A stretch of DNA of 36,471 bases, from sequence record SRR16203515_1241. The stretch is one strand, 5' to 3'. How positions within the stretch are numbered: the first letter of the stretch is position 1; each line of letters begins with the position of its first letter. The notes below the pieces were generated by a model, which saw only the letters and a list, made by a program, of their open reading frames with translations, ran no database searches and was not told where the DNA came from. Made by a program: the position numbers and the translations under genes. This document shows positions 20,091 to 30,042 of the stretch, piece by piece.

Positions 20091-21317
20091 ATGGCGGCAT
20101 TTGCTTACAAGGCGGTTAATGCCCGTGGTCGCAATTCCAGCGGGGTACTTGAAGGGGATAATGCCCGACAAGTCCGCCAGCAGCTGCGGGAAAAGGGCCT
20201 GATCCCATTAGAGGTAGAGCAGGTCGCAGAGCGTAATCAGAACGCAAAGAGCGGCCTGAATTTATCTTTATTCAAGCCAAGAATTTCAGCCTCAGACCTC
20301 GCCCTGCTTACCCGTCAATTAGCCACCTTGGTAGAATCGTCCCTGCCTATTGAAGAGGCGCTATTGGCGGTGGCCGAACAGTGTGAGAAGCCTCGTCAGA
20401 AAAACATGATGATGGCAGTTCGCAGTAAAGTGGTAGAAGGCCATGGTTTAGCCGATGCCTTAGCCGAGTTTCCCAGCGTATTTGACGACCTTTACCGCGC
20501 CATGGTGGCCGCCGGTGAAAAGTCAGGCCATCTAGACACGGTATTAAATCGCTTGGCCGATTACACCGAACGTCGACAACAAACCCGCAGCCAAATTGTG
20601 CAAGCCATGGTCTACCCTTCGCTTATGCTGTTTTTCGCCTTCGGTATCGTGTTGTTGCTACTTACCGTGGTGGTACCTAAAATTGTGGGTCAGTTTGATC
20701 ATATGGGGCAGGATTTACCGGGTATTACCCAATTTCTGATTGCCGTCAGTACCTGGTTACAAGACTACGGCTTAATGATGTTGGTGGTAATAGCAGTACT
20801 GGTGGTGATAATACGCCGGGTGCTACAGCAAAAAAACATGAAACTAAGGTACCACCGCGTACTCTTAACCTTACCGCTCATTGGTAAAGTCTCTCGGGGT
20901 ATGAACACAGCCCGGTTTGCCCGTACCTTAAGTATATTAAGTGCTAGCGCGGTTCCCTTGCTGGAAGCCATGCGAATTTCTGGCGATGTACTGGAAAACC
21001 AACACATTAAAAATCAAGTAGCCGACGCCGCAATTAACGTTAAAGAAGGCAGCAGCCTGCGCGCCGCCCTTGATAACACAAAAATTTTTCCACCCATGAT
21101 GATGCATATGATTGCGTCGGGTGAAAAATCCGGTGAGCTCCAGCAAATGCTAGCGCGCGCCGCCGACAACCAAGATAGAGAGTTTGAGGCTTTAATCGGT
21201 ATTTCGTTAAAAGTCTTCGAGCCTCTTCTGATCGTTTCCATGGCAGGCATAGTTTTGTTTATTGTTATGGCGATTTTGCAGCCAATTTTGGCCTTGAACA
21301 ACATGGTGAATATGTAA
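20091..21317 (+). CDS. gspF: T2SS inner membrane platform protein GspF
   Basis: TRQLATL, duplicated AGEKSG/SGEKSG motifs, AMVYP and FEP; three TM helices. Confidence 0.96.
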   Translation: MAAFAYKAVNARGRNSSGVLEGDNARQVRQQLREKGLIPLEVEQVAERNQNAKSGLNLSLFKPRISASDLALLTRQLATLVESSLPIEEALLAVAEQCEKPRQKNMMMAVRSKVVEGHGLADALAEFPSVFDDLYRAMVAAGEKSGHLDTVLNRLADYTERRQQTRSQIVQAMVYPSLMLFFAFGIVLLLLTVVVPKIVGQFDHMGQDLPGITQFLIAVSTWLQDYGLMMLVVIAVLVVIIRRVLQQKNMKLRYHRVLLTLPLIGKVSRGMNTARFARTLSILSASAVPLLEAMRISGDVLENQHIKNQVADAAINVKEGSSLRAALDNTKIFPPMMMHMIASGEKSGELQQMLARAADNQDREFEALIGISLKVFEPLLIVSMAGIVLFIVMAILQPILALNNMVNM

Positions 21318-21754
21318 TGAAAACCTTAAAACGCAATTCTGGATTCAGTTTAATTGAAGTCATGGTGGTACTGCTAATCATCGGCATTATGGCCTCTATG
21401 GTGGCACCACAAATTTTGGGTAATCAAGAAGAAGCCCAGCTCAAAAAAGCCGCCGTTGATATTCAGCAACTCGAAAGTGCGCTTGAAATGTATAAGCTGC
21501 GCAATAACCGCTTTCCTACTACCGAGCAAGGACTCGATGCGCTAGTGAATGCGCCTACGGTAGATCCTATTCCACGTAACTACCCTGACGGCGGTTTCAT
21601 CAAGCGCCTGCCGGAAGATCCCTGGGGTAACCCTTATGCGTTAATTAGCCCAGGAGAGTTAGGTGTGGTGGACTTATTCTCAAATGGTCCCGATGGCGAA
21701 CCAGGTACTGATGACGATATTGGTAACTGGAATATTAACGAATACCTAAACTAG
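21317..21754 (+). CDS. gspG: T2SS major pseudopilin GspG
   Basis: Prepilin site G|FSLIE, FPTTEQGLDAL, LPEDPWGNPY and DDDIGNW. Confidence 0.97.
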   Translation: MKTLKRNSGFSLIEVMVVLLIIGIMASMVAPQILGNQEEAQLKKAAVDIQQLESALEMYKLRNNRFPTTEQGLDALVNAPTVDPIPRNYPDGGFIKRLPEDPWGNPYALISPGELGVVDLFSNGPDGEPGTDDDIGNWNINEYLN

Positions 21755-21763
21755 GCCTTACCC

Positions 21764-22390
21764 ATGCCGGTGACACACCTAGCCCCCACAAAAGCCCGTG
21801 GCTTTACCTTACTTGAAGTCATGTTGGTATTGTTACTGATGGGGCTAGCTGCCGGCTATGTGATGTTTAATGCCTTTGGCGCCAGTCAAAGCGACTTACT
21901 CGCCAGCCAGGCAAAACGCCTTCAGGTATTGGTGGATATGGCCAGCGATTACGCCGTGTTAAATCAGCGCCAAATGGGTATTCGCGTGGAACAAAGCGAC
22001 AATCAATATTACTTTGTTTACCTCGACGATGAAGATAAATGGCAGCGCATAGAGGATGAAGAAATTTATGCCCCCTATACCCTGCCTGAGCCCTATACCT
22101 TGACACTTAACTTAGATGACTTGCCCTGGGTGCAAGAAGAGCAGCTGTTCGATAGAGATATTTTTGATGAGTCGTTAAGTGTGTCCGATGAAGGGGTAGA
22201 CATTGGTAATGAAGAAGAAAAAGAACTGCCGCCGCCACAAATACTGATCATGTCCAGCGGTGAAATCACCCCCTTTAGTTTAAGCTTTAATTACCAAGGC
22301 GACTTCAACGACGATCCTGTGTACTTCTCTTTGCAAAATAAAGAGGCGCCCCCCCTTGAGCTTATTGGGCCCTTGGATAGCCCCCAATGA
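21764..22390 (+). CDS. gspH: T2SS minor pseudopilin GspH
   Basis: G|FTLLE, PQILIMSSGEITPF and position in the operon. Confidence 0.93.
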   Translation: MPVTHLAPTKARGFTLLEVMLVLLLMGLAAGYVMFNAFGASQSDLLASQAKRLQVLVDMASDYAVLNQRQMGIRVEQSDNQYYFVYLDDEDKWQRIEDEEIYAPYTLPEPYTLTLNLDDLPWVQEEQLFDRDIFDESLSVSDEGVDIGNEEEKELPPPQILIMSSGEITPFSLSFNYQGDFNDDPVYFSLQNKEAPPLELIGPLDSPQ

Positions 22391-22794
22391 AAACGTCTCA
22401 ACTCCCTCATTCCACAGCAAAACAAGCTGGCATGACCCTGTTAGAAGTCATGGTAGCGCTGTTAATTTTTGCCTTAACGGGGTCGGCTATTTTAAAGGCG
22501 GCAGGAGATCACTTAAATAACGTAGGCCAGGTAGAAGCCATTACCTTTGCCAACTGGGTAGCCAGTAATCGGCTGAATCAATTACAGCTCGACACCTCAT
22601 GGCCCCCTAAAAACAACTTAAAAGGGGATATGGAGATGGCAGATCGCACCTGGTATTGGCAGCAAAGCGTTACCAAAACCAATGATGACGATTTGCGTTC
22701 AGTTACCATTAACGTGGGGCTTCGTGAAGACTACAGCGACAGTGTGACCAGTGTCACCACCTTTGTAGCTAAACCAACCTTGGGTAATAACTAA
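22387..22794 (+). CDS. gspI: T2SS minor pseudopilin GspI
   Basis: G|MTLLEVMVAL, ANWVASN and WYWQQ; ATGA overlap with gspH. Confidence 0.93.
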   Translation: MKTSQLPHSTAKQAGMTLLEVMVALLIFALTGSAILKAAGDHLNNVGQVEAITFANWVASNRLNQLQLDTSWPPKNNLKGDMEMADRTWYWQQSVTKTNDDDLRSVTINVGLREDYSDSVTSVTTFVAKPTLGNN

Positions 22795-23420
22795 TGCAAC
22801 GGGGTTTTACGCTACTTGAAATACTGATTGCCATGGCAATTTTTACCCTCATCGGCTTAGCCTCAACGGGTTTGTTAACCACGGTCATCGACAGTAATAC
22901 CTTATCGAGTGAACGCTTTGATAAATTACAGCAACTTCAGCGAGCCATGGTCATCATTGAACGTGATATCCAACAGGCCGTGCCCCGGGCGGCGCGCATT
23001 AATGGCGAGCAGCAGAATATCGTGATGGCAGGCGGGGCGAGCGATTCGGGGGACGACGATAGCATAGGGTTTGTGCGTAGCGGCTGGCACAACCCGCAAC
23101 TCATGCTGCCTCGCAGCACCTTGCAGTATGTCGCCTATCGATTACAGGAAAACCGGCTGGAAAGGCTGTACAGCAACTATGTTGATAATGTGATTGGCCA
23201 CGAACCCAAAGTTCGCGTGCTACTTGATAACGTGGATAGCTTTACCGTGGAGTTTCTTACTAGCGCTAATAGTGATAGCGATGACGAGGATGAAAATAAC
23301 TGGTCGGAAAGCTACAAAGGTGAGGTGCTACCGAAAGCAGTGGCTATTGAGTTCGAAAGCCAAGACTTTGGTGTGCTGCGCCGTGAGTTCACGTTAACCA
23401 CTACAGGGCAGTCATCGTGA
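22794..23420 (+). CDS. gspJ: T2SS minor pseudopilin GspJ
   Basis: G|FTLLEIL, LQRAM..IERD, GWHNPQLMLPRS and LPKAV. Confidence 0.94.
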   Translation: MQRGFTLLEILIAMAIFTLIGLASTGLLTTVIDSNTLSSERFDKLQQLQRAMVIIERDIQQAVPRAARINGEQQNIVMAGGASDSGDDDSIGFVRSGWHNPQLMLPRSTLQYVAYRLQENRLERLYSNYVDNVIGHEPKVRVLLDNVDSFTVEFLTSANSDSDDEDENNWSESYKGEVLPKAVAIEFESQDFGVLRREFTLTTTGQSS

Positions 23421-24415
23421 GTTCGTCACCGCAAAAACAAACTGGCGTGGCCCTTATGATAGTGCTGATGATTGTGGCCTTAGTGTCGGTGCTTGCCACC
23501 GAAATGGGTACCCGCTTGCAACTACAAATTCAGCGTACCGCAAACTTAAAAGACAATAATCAAGCCTATTGGTATGCCATGGGCGCGGAAGCCTTTGCCC
23601 GAAAATCCATCCAAACCCTAGTTCAAGAAACCGGCGATAAAATTTCACTTAGCCAGCCCTGGGCACAACCTATTTCATACCCCCTTGAGAACGGCGGCTT
23701 AGAAGCGCATCTTAAAGATTTACAAGCCTGCTTTAATTTAAATGCCATTCTTCAAGGCGACGCAAGTACCAACGTGGGTAGTGGCAATAATTCTACTGAA
23801 GCCATGGATGCCTTTCATGCTATGTTATTGGCCTTGCAGGTAGACGGGTTGGATAACTACACCGCAGACACACTGCGAGATAGTCTCGCCGACTGGGTGG
23901 ACACCGATGACTATATGCGTCCTTATGGGGCGGAAGACAGCGAGTATGAATCGCGAGAATTTCCCTATCTGGCGGCCAACGGTCTTATTGCATCAAAAAG
24001 CGAATTAAGAATAATTAACGGCGCATCGCCACAATGGCTACGCAGCCTGTTGCCACTGGTGTGTGTTATTCCCGGTATTGATAGCATGGCCATCAATGTG
24101 AATACTATTGAACAGGACAATGCGGCACTATTAGCTGGCCTAACGGGGCTAGATATTTCTCAAGCGAGCAGCCTAATTGGCAGTCGCCCTGAAGAAGGCT
24201 GGGATGATGCCCAGGAATTTTTAAATGAACCGGTTATTGCAGCATTAGCGCTCTCCAATAGCCGAAAAGGTTGGTTTAAAGTGACATCCGAATATTTTAT
24301 TTTGCACACTAAGGCCCGCTACAATAAGGCCACGTTTAAGCTGTCCACCGTGTTTCATGCAGAAGCGAGTTCGGGCGTAAGCATTATGAAACGCGAGTTT
24401 GGAGGAATTAACTAA
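23417..24415 (+). CDS. gspK: T2SS minor pseudopilin GspK
   Basis: G|VALMIVL (no E+5, normal for GspK), DLQACFNLN, DWVDTD, GAEDSEY and ININVNT-like segment; GTG start overlapping the gspJ stop. Confidence 0.94.
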   Translation: MSSSPQKQTGVALMIVLMIVALVSVLATEMGTRLQLQIQRTANLKDNNQAYWYAMGAEAFARKSIQTLVQETGDKISLSQPWAQPISYPLENGGLEAHLKDLQACFNLNAILQGDASTNVGSGNNSTEAMDAFHAMLLALQVDGLDNYTADTLRDSLADWVDTDDYMRPYGAEDSEYESREFPYLAANGLIASKSELRIINGASPQWLRSLLPLVCVIPGIDSMAINVNTIEQDNAALLAGLTGLDISQASSLIGSRPEEGWDDAQEFLNEPVIAALALSNSRKGWFKVTSEYFILHTKARYNKATFKLSTVFHAEASSGVSIMKREFGGIN

Positions 24416-25614
24416 TGGAACAACTTCTCGTCAGGCTAGGGGCCAGCGATACCGACCCAATCAGTTGGTTAGTTTGGTCTACCACAGAAGAAGAAATTAT
24501 TGCATCTGGCGAACTTCCTAACGCCGACAGTTTAGCCACGCTCAGCGAGCGTGCTGGCCAGCGCGCCGTGATTGCCTTGGCGCCAAGCAGTGAAATTTTA
24601 CTTAAATGGGTAACCCTGCCACCTCGCGCTGGCCGCAAAGTGCTGTCGGCGTTACCTTTTATGTTAGAAGATGAACTCGCCACTGATATTAGCGAGCAGT
24701 TTTTCGCCATTGGCCCTCGGGTGGGCGATGAACAAGCCGTCGCCGTGGTCAGTCATGAGAAACTCACCCTGTGGCAGCAATGGTTAGCAAGCGCCAACTT
24801 ATTCTGTGATCGTTTAATCCCCGATGTACTTGCGGTACCTAAAACAGAAAACGGGTGGTCAATATTAACCCTAGGGGAACAAATGCTGGTGCGCCAAGAT
24901 ACCTTTAAGGGCATTCAAGGCGAACAGGCATGGCTATTACCTACCTTAGGGCATTTTACCGCGCAGCAAGAAAGCCCGGTTGTGATCACCAATTATGCGG
25001 GTATCGACCTTAGCCACACCCCTAATATTAAGGTAAATGACGCGCCCCTTGAACTTCCGATGCATGTACTGGCAAAAGAAGCCTTAGGCTCTAGCTTTAA
25101 TCTGTTCCAAGGCGAATACAAGGTTAAGCGTCAGACTAACACCTTGTGGTCACAGTGGCGGGTAGCCGCGGTACTTGCCGTGCTCGTTCTCACCACCAGT
25201 TTGATTGATAAATCGGTCAGTTTATATCAGCTTAAATCGGAAAATGCCGCCCTTAAAGCGGATATTAGTCGCGAAGTAAAAGCAGGCTTTCCCAATATCG
25301 GAACCTACCGAAATGTGAAGTTAAAACTGCAAGCTGAATTGGACAAACTGGCGCGCAGCACAGGAGATACCTCTATGTTGGTTATGTTAGACCAACTGGC
25401 TGGCGCTTTCTCTACCACCAAGGTAACACCACAAACCTTACGTTTTGATGCCAATCGCACGGAAATTCGCATTCAAGCTGAAGGGAAAAGCTTTGAGTCA
25501 CTTGAGCAGTTTCGGCGAGAAGCAGAAAATGCCGGTTTCTTAGTTGAACAAGGGGCAATAAACAACAGAGATGACGTGGTTATCGGTACGGTATCAATAA
25601 GGAGCACGTCATGA
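24415..25614 (+). CDS. gspL: T2SS protein GspL
   Basis: IASGEL, ALPFMLEDELA, LIPDVLA and FNLFQGEY motifs followed by a single TM helix. Confidence 0.93.
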   Translation: MEQLLVRLGASDTDPISWLVWSTTEEEIIASGELPNADSLATLSERAGQRAVIALAPSSEILLKWVTLPPRAGRKVLSALPFMLEDELATDISEQFFAIGPRVGDEQAVAVVSHEKLTLWQQWLASANLFCDRLIPDVLAVPKTENGWSILTLGEQMLVRQDTFKGIQGEQAWLLPTLGHFTAQQESPVVITNYAGIDLSHTPNIKVNDAPLELPMHVLAKEALGSSFNLFQGEYKVKRQTNTLWSQWRVAAVLAVLVLTTSLIDKSVSLYQLKSENAALKADISREVKAGFPNIGTYRNVKLKLQAELDKLARSTGDTSMLVMLDQLAGAFSTTKVTPQTLRFDANRTEIRIQAEGKSFESLEQFRREAENAGFLVEQGAINNRDDVVIGTVSIRSTS

Positions 25615-26090
25615 ATGCACTGACTGAAAAGTTTAAAGGGCTAACAGAGCGAGAACAGCGACTAGTGCTGGTTTCGGCAGTGGTCGTTATCATCGCCATA
25701 TTCTATTTTGCTATCTGGTCTCCCCTCAACCAGTCACTGGCGCAGCAGCAACAACTGCGAGAGAACCAACAAGCCTTGTTGGTGTGGGTACAGGAGAGTG
25801 CGGCGCGGGCTAAACAGTTGCGTCGCACCAGTAGTACCTCAGGTTCTTTGTCCGGCTCATTGCCTCAGGCCGTTAACCGTACCACCGCCCGTCACGATAT
25901 TGAAATATCTCGCATGCAGCCACAAGGTGACGAACTGCAAGTGTGGGTGGATCAAGCGCCCTTCAACAACGTACTAGCATGGTTGAAAACCATGGAAAGT
26001 ATGGGGGTGGTTATTCTACAAGCAGATATCGCCGAGGCGGATGCTGCAGGTTATGTAAAAATTAGACGTTTACAGTTAGGAAAAGCATGA
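25611..26090 (+). CDS. gspM: T2SS protein GspM
   Basis: LTEREQRLV plus a TM helix, IWSPL, RMQPQG and FNNVLAWL. Confidence 0.92.
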   Translation: MNALTEKFKGLTEREQRLVLVSAVVVIIAIFYFAIWSPLNQSLAQQQQLRENQQALLVWVQESAARAKQLRRTSSTSGSLSGSLPQAVNRTTARHDIEISRMQPQGDELQVWVDQAPFNNVLAWLKTMESMGVVILQADIAEADAAGYVKIRRLQLGKA

Positions 26091-26842
26091 AGTTACGTGT
26101 TGGTTGGATACTAGGCGGCATTTTAGCCTTTATCATTTTTGCTATCGCTTATATGCCCGCTATCCATTTAATAGGGCGAGTGACGTTACCGAAAAACGTC
26201 TCAATCAGTCAGGTTTCCGGTACGGTATGGTCTGGTAAAGCACAACGGGTGGTGATCAACGGCTTACCGGTTAATAACCTCAGTTGGGAGCTATCACCGT
26301 TAGCCTTGCTCACTGCAACCTTAACTGCTGATATCAAAGGCGGCAACCTACGCAATAGCGATGACATAGCGTTTACCGGTAATGTGGCCACCAGCCTGTT
26401 AAGTTTGAAGCAACTTGATGCCCATGATCTTATTGTCTACCTGCCGGTGGACCGCGTGTTAGCTCAAGTTAATTTGCCACTACCGGTTAATGCGGGCGGG
26501 CGTTTTAAAGTGAAGTTAGATGAAGTCAGCATGGGAGAAACCTGTCACCAATTGTCCGGTACCGGCGATTGGCTTAATGCCACTGTTGCAGGAACCCAAG
26601 GCCCCATCGACTTTGGTACTTATTCTGCTAAGTTACGTTGCGAAGGCGATGATATCGGCATACTGGTCAGCGAACCCAACCTGTTAGGCTTATCGATGGA
26701 CGCCGTGGTCGCGCCCAACCTAAAGCGTATAACCGTTGAAGGTAAATTCAAACCTGACGACAGCTTACCTAACGAGGTGCACCAAGCATCCCGTTTCTTT
26801 GGTCAACCCGATGATAAGGGTTATATTGCCATAAAGCTTTAA
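26087..26842 (+). CDS. gspN: T2SS protein GspN
   Basis: N-terminal TM helix, SGTVWSGKA and LSWELSP; follows gspM with an ATGA overlap. Confidence 0.9.
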   Translation: MKLRVGWILGGILAFIIFAIAYMPAIHLIGRVTLPKNVSISQVSGTVWSGKAQRVVINGLPVNNLSWELSPLALLTATLTADIKGGNLRNSDDIAFTGNVATSLLSLKQLDAHDLIVYLPVDRVLAQVNLPLPVNAGGRFKVKLDEVSMGETCHQLSGTGDWLNATVAGTQGPIDFGTYSAKLRCEGDDIGILVSEPNLLGLSMDAVVAPNLKRITVEGKFKPDDSLPNEVHQASRFFGQPDDKGYIAIKL

Positions 26843-26883
26843 GCGTCTATTCATAGAACACCTCAGACAAAGGACTGTTTACC

Positions 26884-28305
26884 TTGAAAAAAATTATACT
26901 AACCAGCGCTGGGATAACCCTGGCGGCATTACTTATTGCCCCTAAGTTTGTGGGTAATCATCTTGAAAGTCAGCTAGAGGAAGTGGTGACTGCGCTTGAT
27001 GCGCATCCTATCTATGGAGCCGAAATTCTCTCCTACGAACAAGGCTGGTTTCATTCCCACGGCAAAATTGCCTTACAGATTAAGGTAAACGACCTGTTAG
27101 GCGCTCAACAAGGGGACACGTCAGCAGTGCAAAGTAACCCCGCCATCATTGCCACATTTAACGCTAGCCACGGTCCCGTATATGTCGGTGACGCGAGTGG
27201 GGTGGGGCAAGCACACTACACTTTCCATATCCTAGGCGATGAACTAAGAGAACATATTCAGTGGGATCCTGAGACCTCCTTTTATCACAATGAGGGGGTG
27301 ATAGGGTTATTTGGCGGGCTCGATTACCAAGACACCCTTGCTGCATTTAGCGCTAGTGCCGAAGAAGATAATTTTTCGCTGTCGTTTTCAGGCTACCAAG
27401 GCACCGCAGAAAGTGCCGGTGATGCCATACATTACCAAGGGAATGTAGGTGAAATATCCATGCGCTTGGCGATATCATCGATGACCTTAAGTAACCTTCA
27501 GGTCGATATGACCACCTATGGAGGCCTTCTGGCCGCCATTCGTGGGGATATGTTCGAGTCTCAAGCGCAACTCGCCGTTGATAGCCTTATATTAGAAGAT
27601 GAGGAGAGCAATATCAGCAATATCGTACTAAACGATATGCTATTGCGCTCTGACTCTGCCCTTGAAGATAACGATAACCTTGTCAGTCTTAACCTTGAAT
27701 ACGCCATTGCATCTTTAGTTGCTGACGACTACAAAGCCAGCGATTTAAAGCTAGGTATGACAGTGAATAACCTGGATACCGATTTTATTAAGGCCTACCA
27801 AAAGTTTAATAACGAAACCTTATCAACGGTACCGGCTGAGTTATCAGCTAAGGTAGATGAACTGATTGAAGGTAACTTACTGCCATTTTTAGCCGCGTCA
27901 CCCGAACTCAATATCACCACACTATCTGGCACCTTTCCAGAAGGCGCCTTTGATGCCCACCTCAATAGTAAGATTGTTGAGGTTGACGCCTTGCCTGATG
28001 CCCTTGATGACGCGCAATTTTGGCTACAACACACCGCTGCCGACACTCACATCAAAGCGGATAAGGGAGTAGCACAGTGGCTTGTTACTAGTTATGTTAG
28101 CAGTCAGTTATCCGCCACGGCCCAGGCGCAAAGCCTCACCCAACAACAACTGCAAGCCGCGGTGGCGCAGCAAGTCCCTGTGGTATTACAAACCCTTGTG
28201 CAGCAAGGCATATTGGTGGAAAACGACGAAAGTTATGAAACGGAATTAGTGCTTAAAGAGGGAAGCGCCAGCATTAATGGTACAAAAGTGCCTATCCCGC
28301 TGTGA
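26884..28305 (+). CDS. YdgA/DUF945-like membrane-anchored protein
   Basis: N-terminal anchor, YEQGWFHS, HGP, SPELNITTL and C-terminal ASINGTKVPIP patterns; TTG start after AAGGA. Confidence 0.72.
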   Translation: MKKIILTSAGITLAALLIAPKFVGNHLESQLEEVVTALDAHPIYGAEILSYEQGWFHSHGKIALQIKVNDLLGAQQGDTSAVQSNPAIIATFNASHGPVYVGDASGVGQAHYTFHILGDELREHIQWDPETSFYHNEGVIGLFGGLDYQDTLAAFSASAEEDNFSLSFSGYQGTAESAGDAIHYQGNVGEISMRLAISSMTLSNLQVDMTTYGGLLAAIRGDMFESQAQLAVDSLILEDEESNISNIVLNDMLLRSDSALEDNDNLVSLNLEYAIASLVADDYKASDLKLGMTVNNLDTDFIKAYQKFNNETLSTVPAELSAKVDELIEGNLLPFLAASPELNITTLSGTFPEGAFDAHLNSKIVEVDALPDALDDAQFWLQHTAADTHIKADKGVAQWLVTSYVSSQLSATAQAQSLTQQQLQAAVAQQVPVVLQTLVQQGILVENDESYETELVLKEGSASINGTKVPIPL

Positions 28306-28369
28306 TAAACGCTGAGCCTAGCCCTCCTACCCAGAACTTGATAGCAAGCCAGGGCTAACAAAAGCCAAT

Positions 28370-28399
28370 AAAAAAGGGCAGTGTATAAACTGCCCTTTT
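28370..28399. terminator. Bidirectional intrinsic terminator
   Basis: AAAAAAGGGCAGT-GTATAA-ACTGCCCTTTT between convergent genes. Confidence 0.85.
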
Positions 28400-28453
28400 A
28401 CCTATTTGTATTACGCATTCGTTGGGATACGTAAATGATATTGCTTCACACCA

Positions 28454-29839
28454 CTAGGCTTGCTTTTCGGCAACCATAATAGTTTTCACGTTAACAAACT
28501 CGCGCATACCATAGCCACCATGCTCACGGCCATAGCCGCTGTCTTTCACCCCACCGAAGGGTAAATTAGGCTGTGCCAGCGAATACCCATTGATATTCAC
28601 CATACCAGTATCGAATTCATTTTTCGCTAACTCAATTGCACTGTCAGTATCAGCACTGAAGATACCGCCGCCTAGGCCGTAGCGTGAATCATTAGCCACT
28701 TCCATGGCCTGCTTGTCGTCACGCACTTTAATCAGTGAGGCCACTGGGCCGAACAACTCGTCGTCGTAAGCCGGCATGCCAGGCGACACATTTTCTAATA
28801 CCGTGATAGGGTAAAAGTAACCGGCCTTTTCAGGTATTTCGCCACCTAACGATAGGGTTGCGCCTTTCTCCACTGATGTGGTCACTTGCTTGTGAAGGTC
28901 GTCCCGTAAGTCTTCACGCGCCATAGGCCCTAAATCTGTGTTTTCATCACTAGGATCGCCTACTTTTAACTTCTTGCATTGAGCAACGAACTTGTCGCGA
29001 AACTCCTCGTACAGGCTTTCTACCACCACAAACCGCTTAGCAGCCACGCAGGTTTCACCGTTATTAATCACGCGGCCTTGAATACACATTTCCACAGCGT
29101 GGTCTATGTCGGCATCGGAGAGCACGATAAAGGCATCGTTGCTGCCAAGTTCCATAACCGTTTTCTTCGATAAACTTGCCGCCTCTTGGGCTACTTTTTT
29201 GCCTACTTCATCACTGCCGGTAAAGGTCACGCCTCGCACATACTTGTGCTTAATCAGATTATTTGCTGTGCTGCCATCTATGAGCAGTGACTGATAGACG
29301 TTTTTCGGGAAGCCTGCATCTTCATACAACTGTTGAATGGCTACCGCCATACCAAATACATTTTTGGCATGTTTTAGTACCGTGGTGTTACCTGCCATAA
29401 TGTTGGACACACTGTAGCGAATAACCTGATAAAGTGGGAAATTCCACGGTTGAATACCAAGAATAACACCAATAGGTTGATAGGTGATGATGGCGCGCCC
29501 ACCCTCAAAGATGCGATGCTCATCATCTAAAATGTCTGCGCCGTGCTCGGCAGTATAGCGACAAATTTGCGCGCACAGTTGAACTTCTTGCTTTCCTTGT
29601 GCGGTGACTTTACCCATTTCTCGCGTCATGAGGTTAGCCAAATCATCCACCCGCTCTTCCATTAAATCAGCAAGATTATTAAACAGGTTAGCACGGGCTG
29701 AAAATGAGGTACGGCGCCAGTTTAAATAAGCTTCTTGTGAGCGGGTAATTGCTTGTTCTGCGTCATCCGCTGACATTAAGTGATAATGATCTAACTTATC
29801 GCCCGTGGCCGGGTTATAGGTATTAATCGTCTCGCTCAT
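28454..29839 (-). CDS. NAD(P)-dependent aldehyde dehydrogenase, succinate-semialdehyde dehydrogenase (Sad/GabD1-like) subfamily
   Basis: PWNFP, VLKHA, FTGS, MELGSNDA, catalytic Cys in GETCVAAKR, DELFGP and PFGGVKDSGYGRE. ATG at 29839 follows AAGGAG. Confidence 0.9.
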   Translation of the reverse strand: MSETINTYNPATGDKLDHYHLMSADDAEQAITRSQEAYLNWRRTSFSARANLFNNLADLMEERVDDLANLMTREMGKVTAQGKQEVQLCAQICRYTAEHGADILDDEHRIFEGGRAIITYQPIGVILGIQPWNFPLYQVIRYSVSNIMAGNTTVLKHAKNVFGMAVAIQQLYEDAGFPKNVYQSLLIDGSTANNLIKHKYVRGVTFTGSDEVGKKVAQEAASLSKKTVMELGSNDAFIVLSDADIDHAVEMCIQGRVINNGETCVAAKRFVVVESLYEEFRDKFVAQCKKLKVGDPSDENTDLGPMAREDLRDDLHKQVTTSVEKGATLSLGGEIPEKAGYFYPITVLENVSPGMPAYDDELFGPVASLIKVRDDKQAMEVANDSRYGLGGGIFSADTDSAIELAKNEFDTGMVNINGYSLAQPNLPFGGVKDSGYGREHGGYGMREFVNVKTIMVAEKQA

Positions 29840-29873
29840 AGTTACACTCCTTATTCGTTTGTTAAAACGCTGG

Positions 29874-29890
29874 TGCAACTACGAAGCCAA
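29874..29890 (-). promoter_or_regulatory. Putative sigma54 (-24/-12) promoter of the aldehyde dehydrogenase
   Basis: Minus strand TTGGCTTCGTAGTTGCA has exact GG-N10-GC spacing and ends about 35 nt before the ATG. Confidence 0.65.
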
Positions 29891-29977
29891 GTTTAAATTA
29901 ACAAAAAATATACTTTAAAATCATAAAGATAAAACAAAGTCATCAGAAGGCATTAAGTGCATCATAAACCCGCAACA

Positions 29978-30008
29978 GGTAAAGATTACGATATTCGGTA
30001 AAGATTTC
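29978..30008. promoter_or_regulatory. Tandem repeat, candidate upstream activator sites
   Basis: GGTAAAGATT at 29978-29987 and 29997-30006; dyads GTAA-AGA-TTAC and GTAA-AGA-TTTC. Confidence 0.5.
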
Positions 30009-30042
30009 AGCCTACCTTTGGGTACGTTCGCTATCGCGTCAT

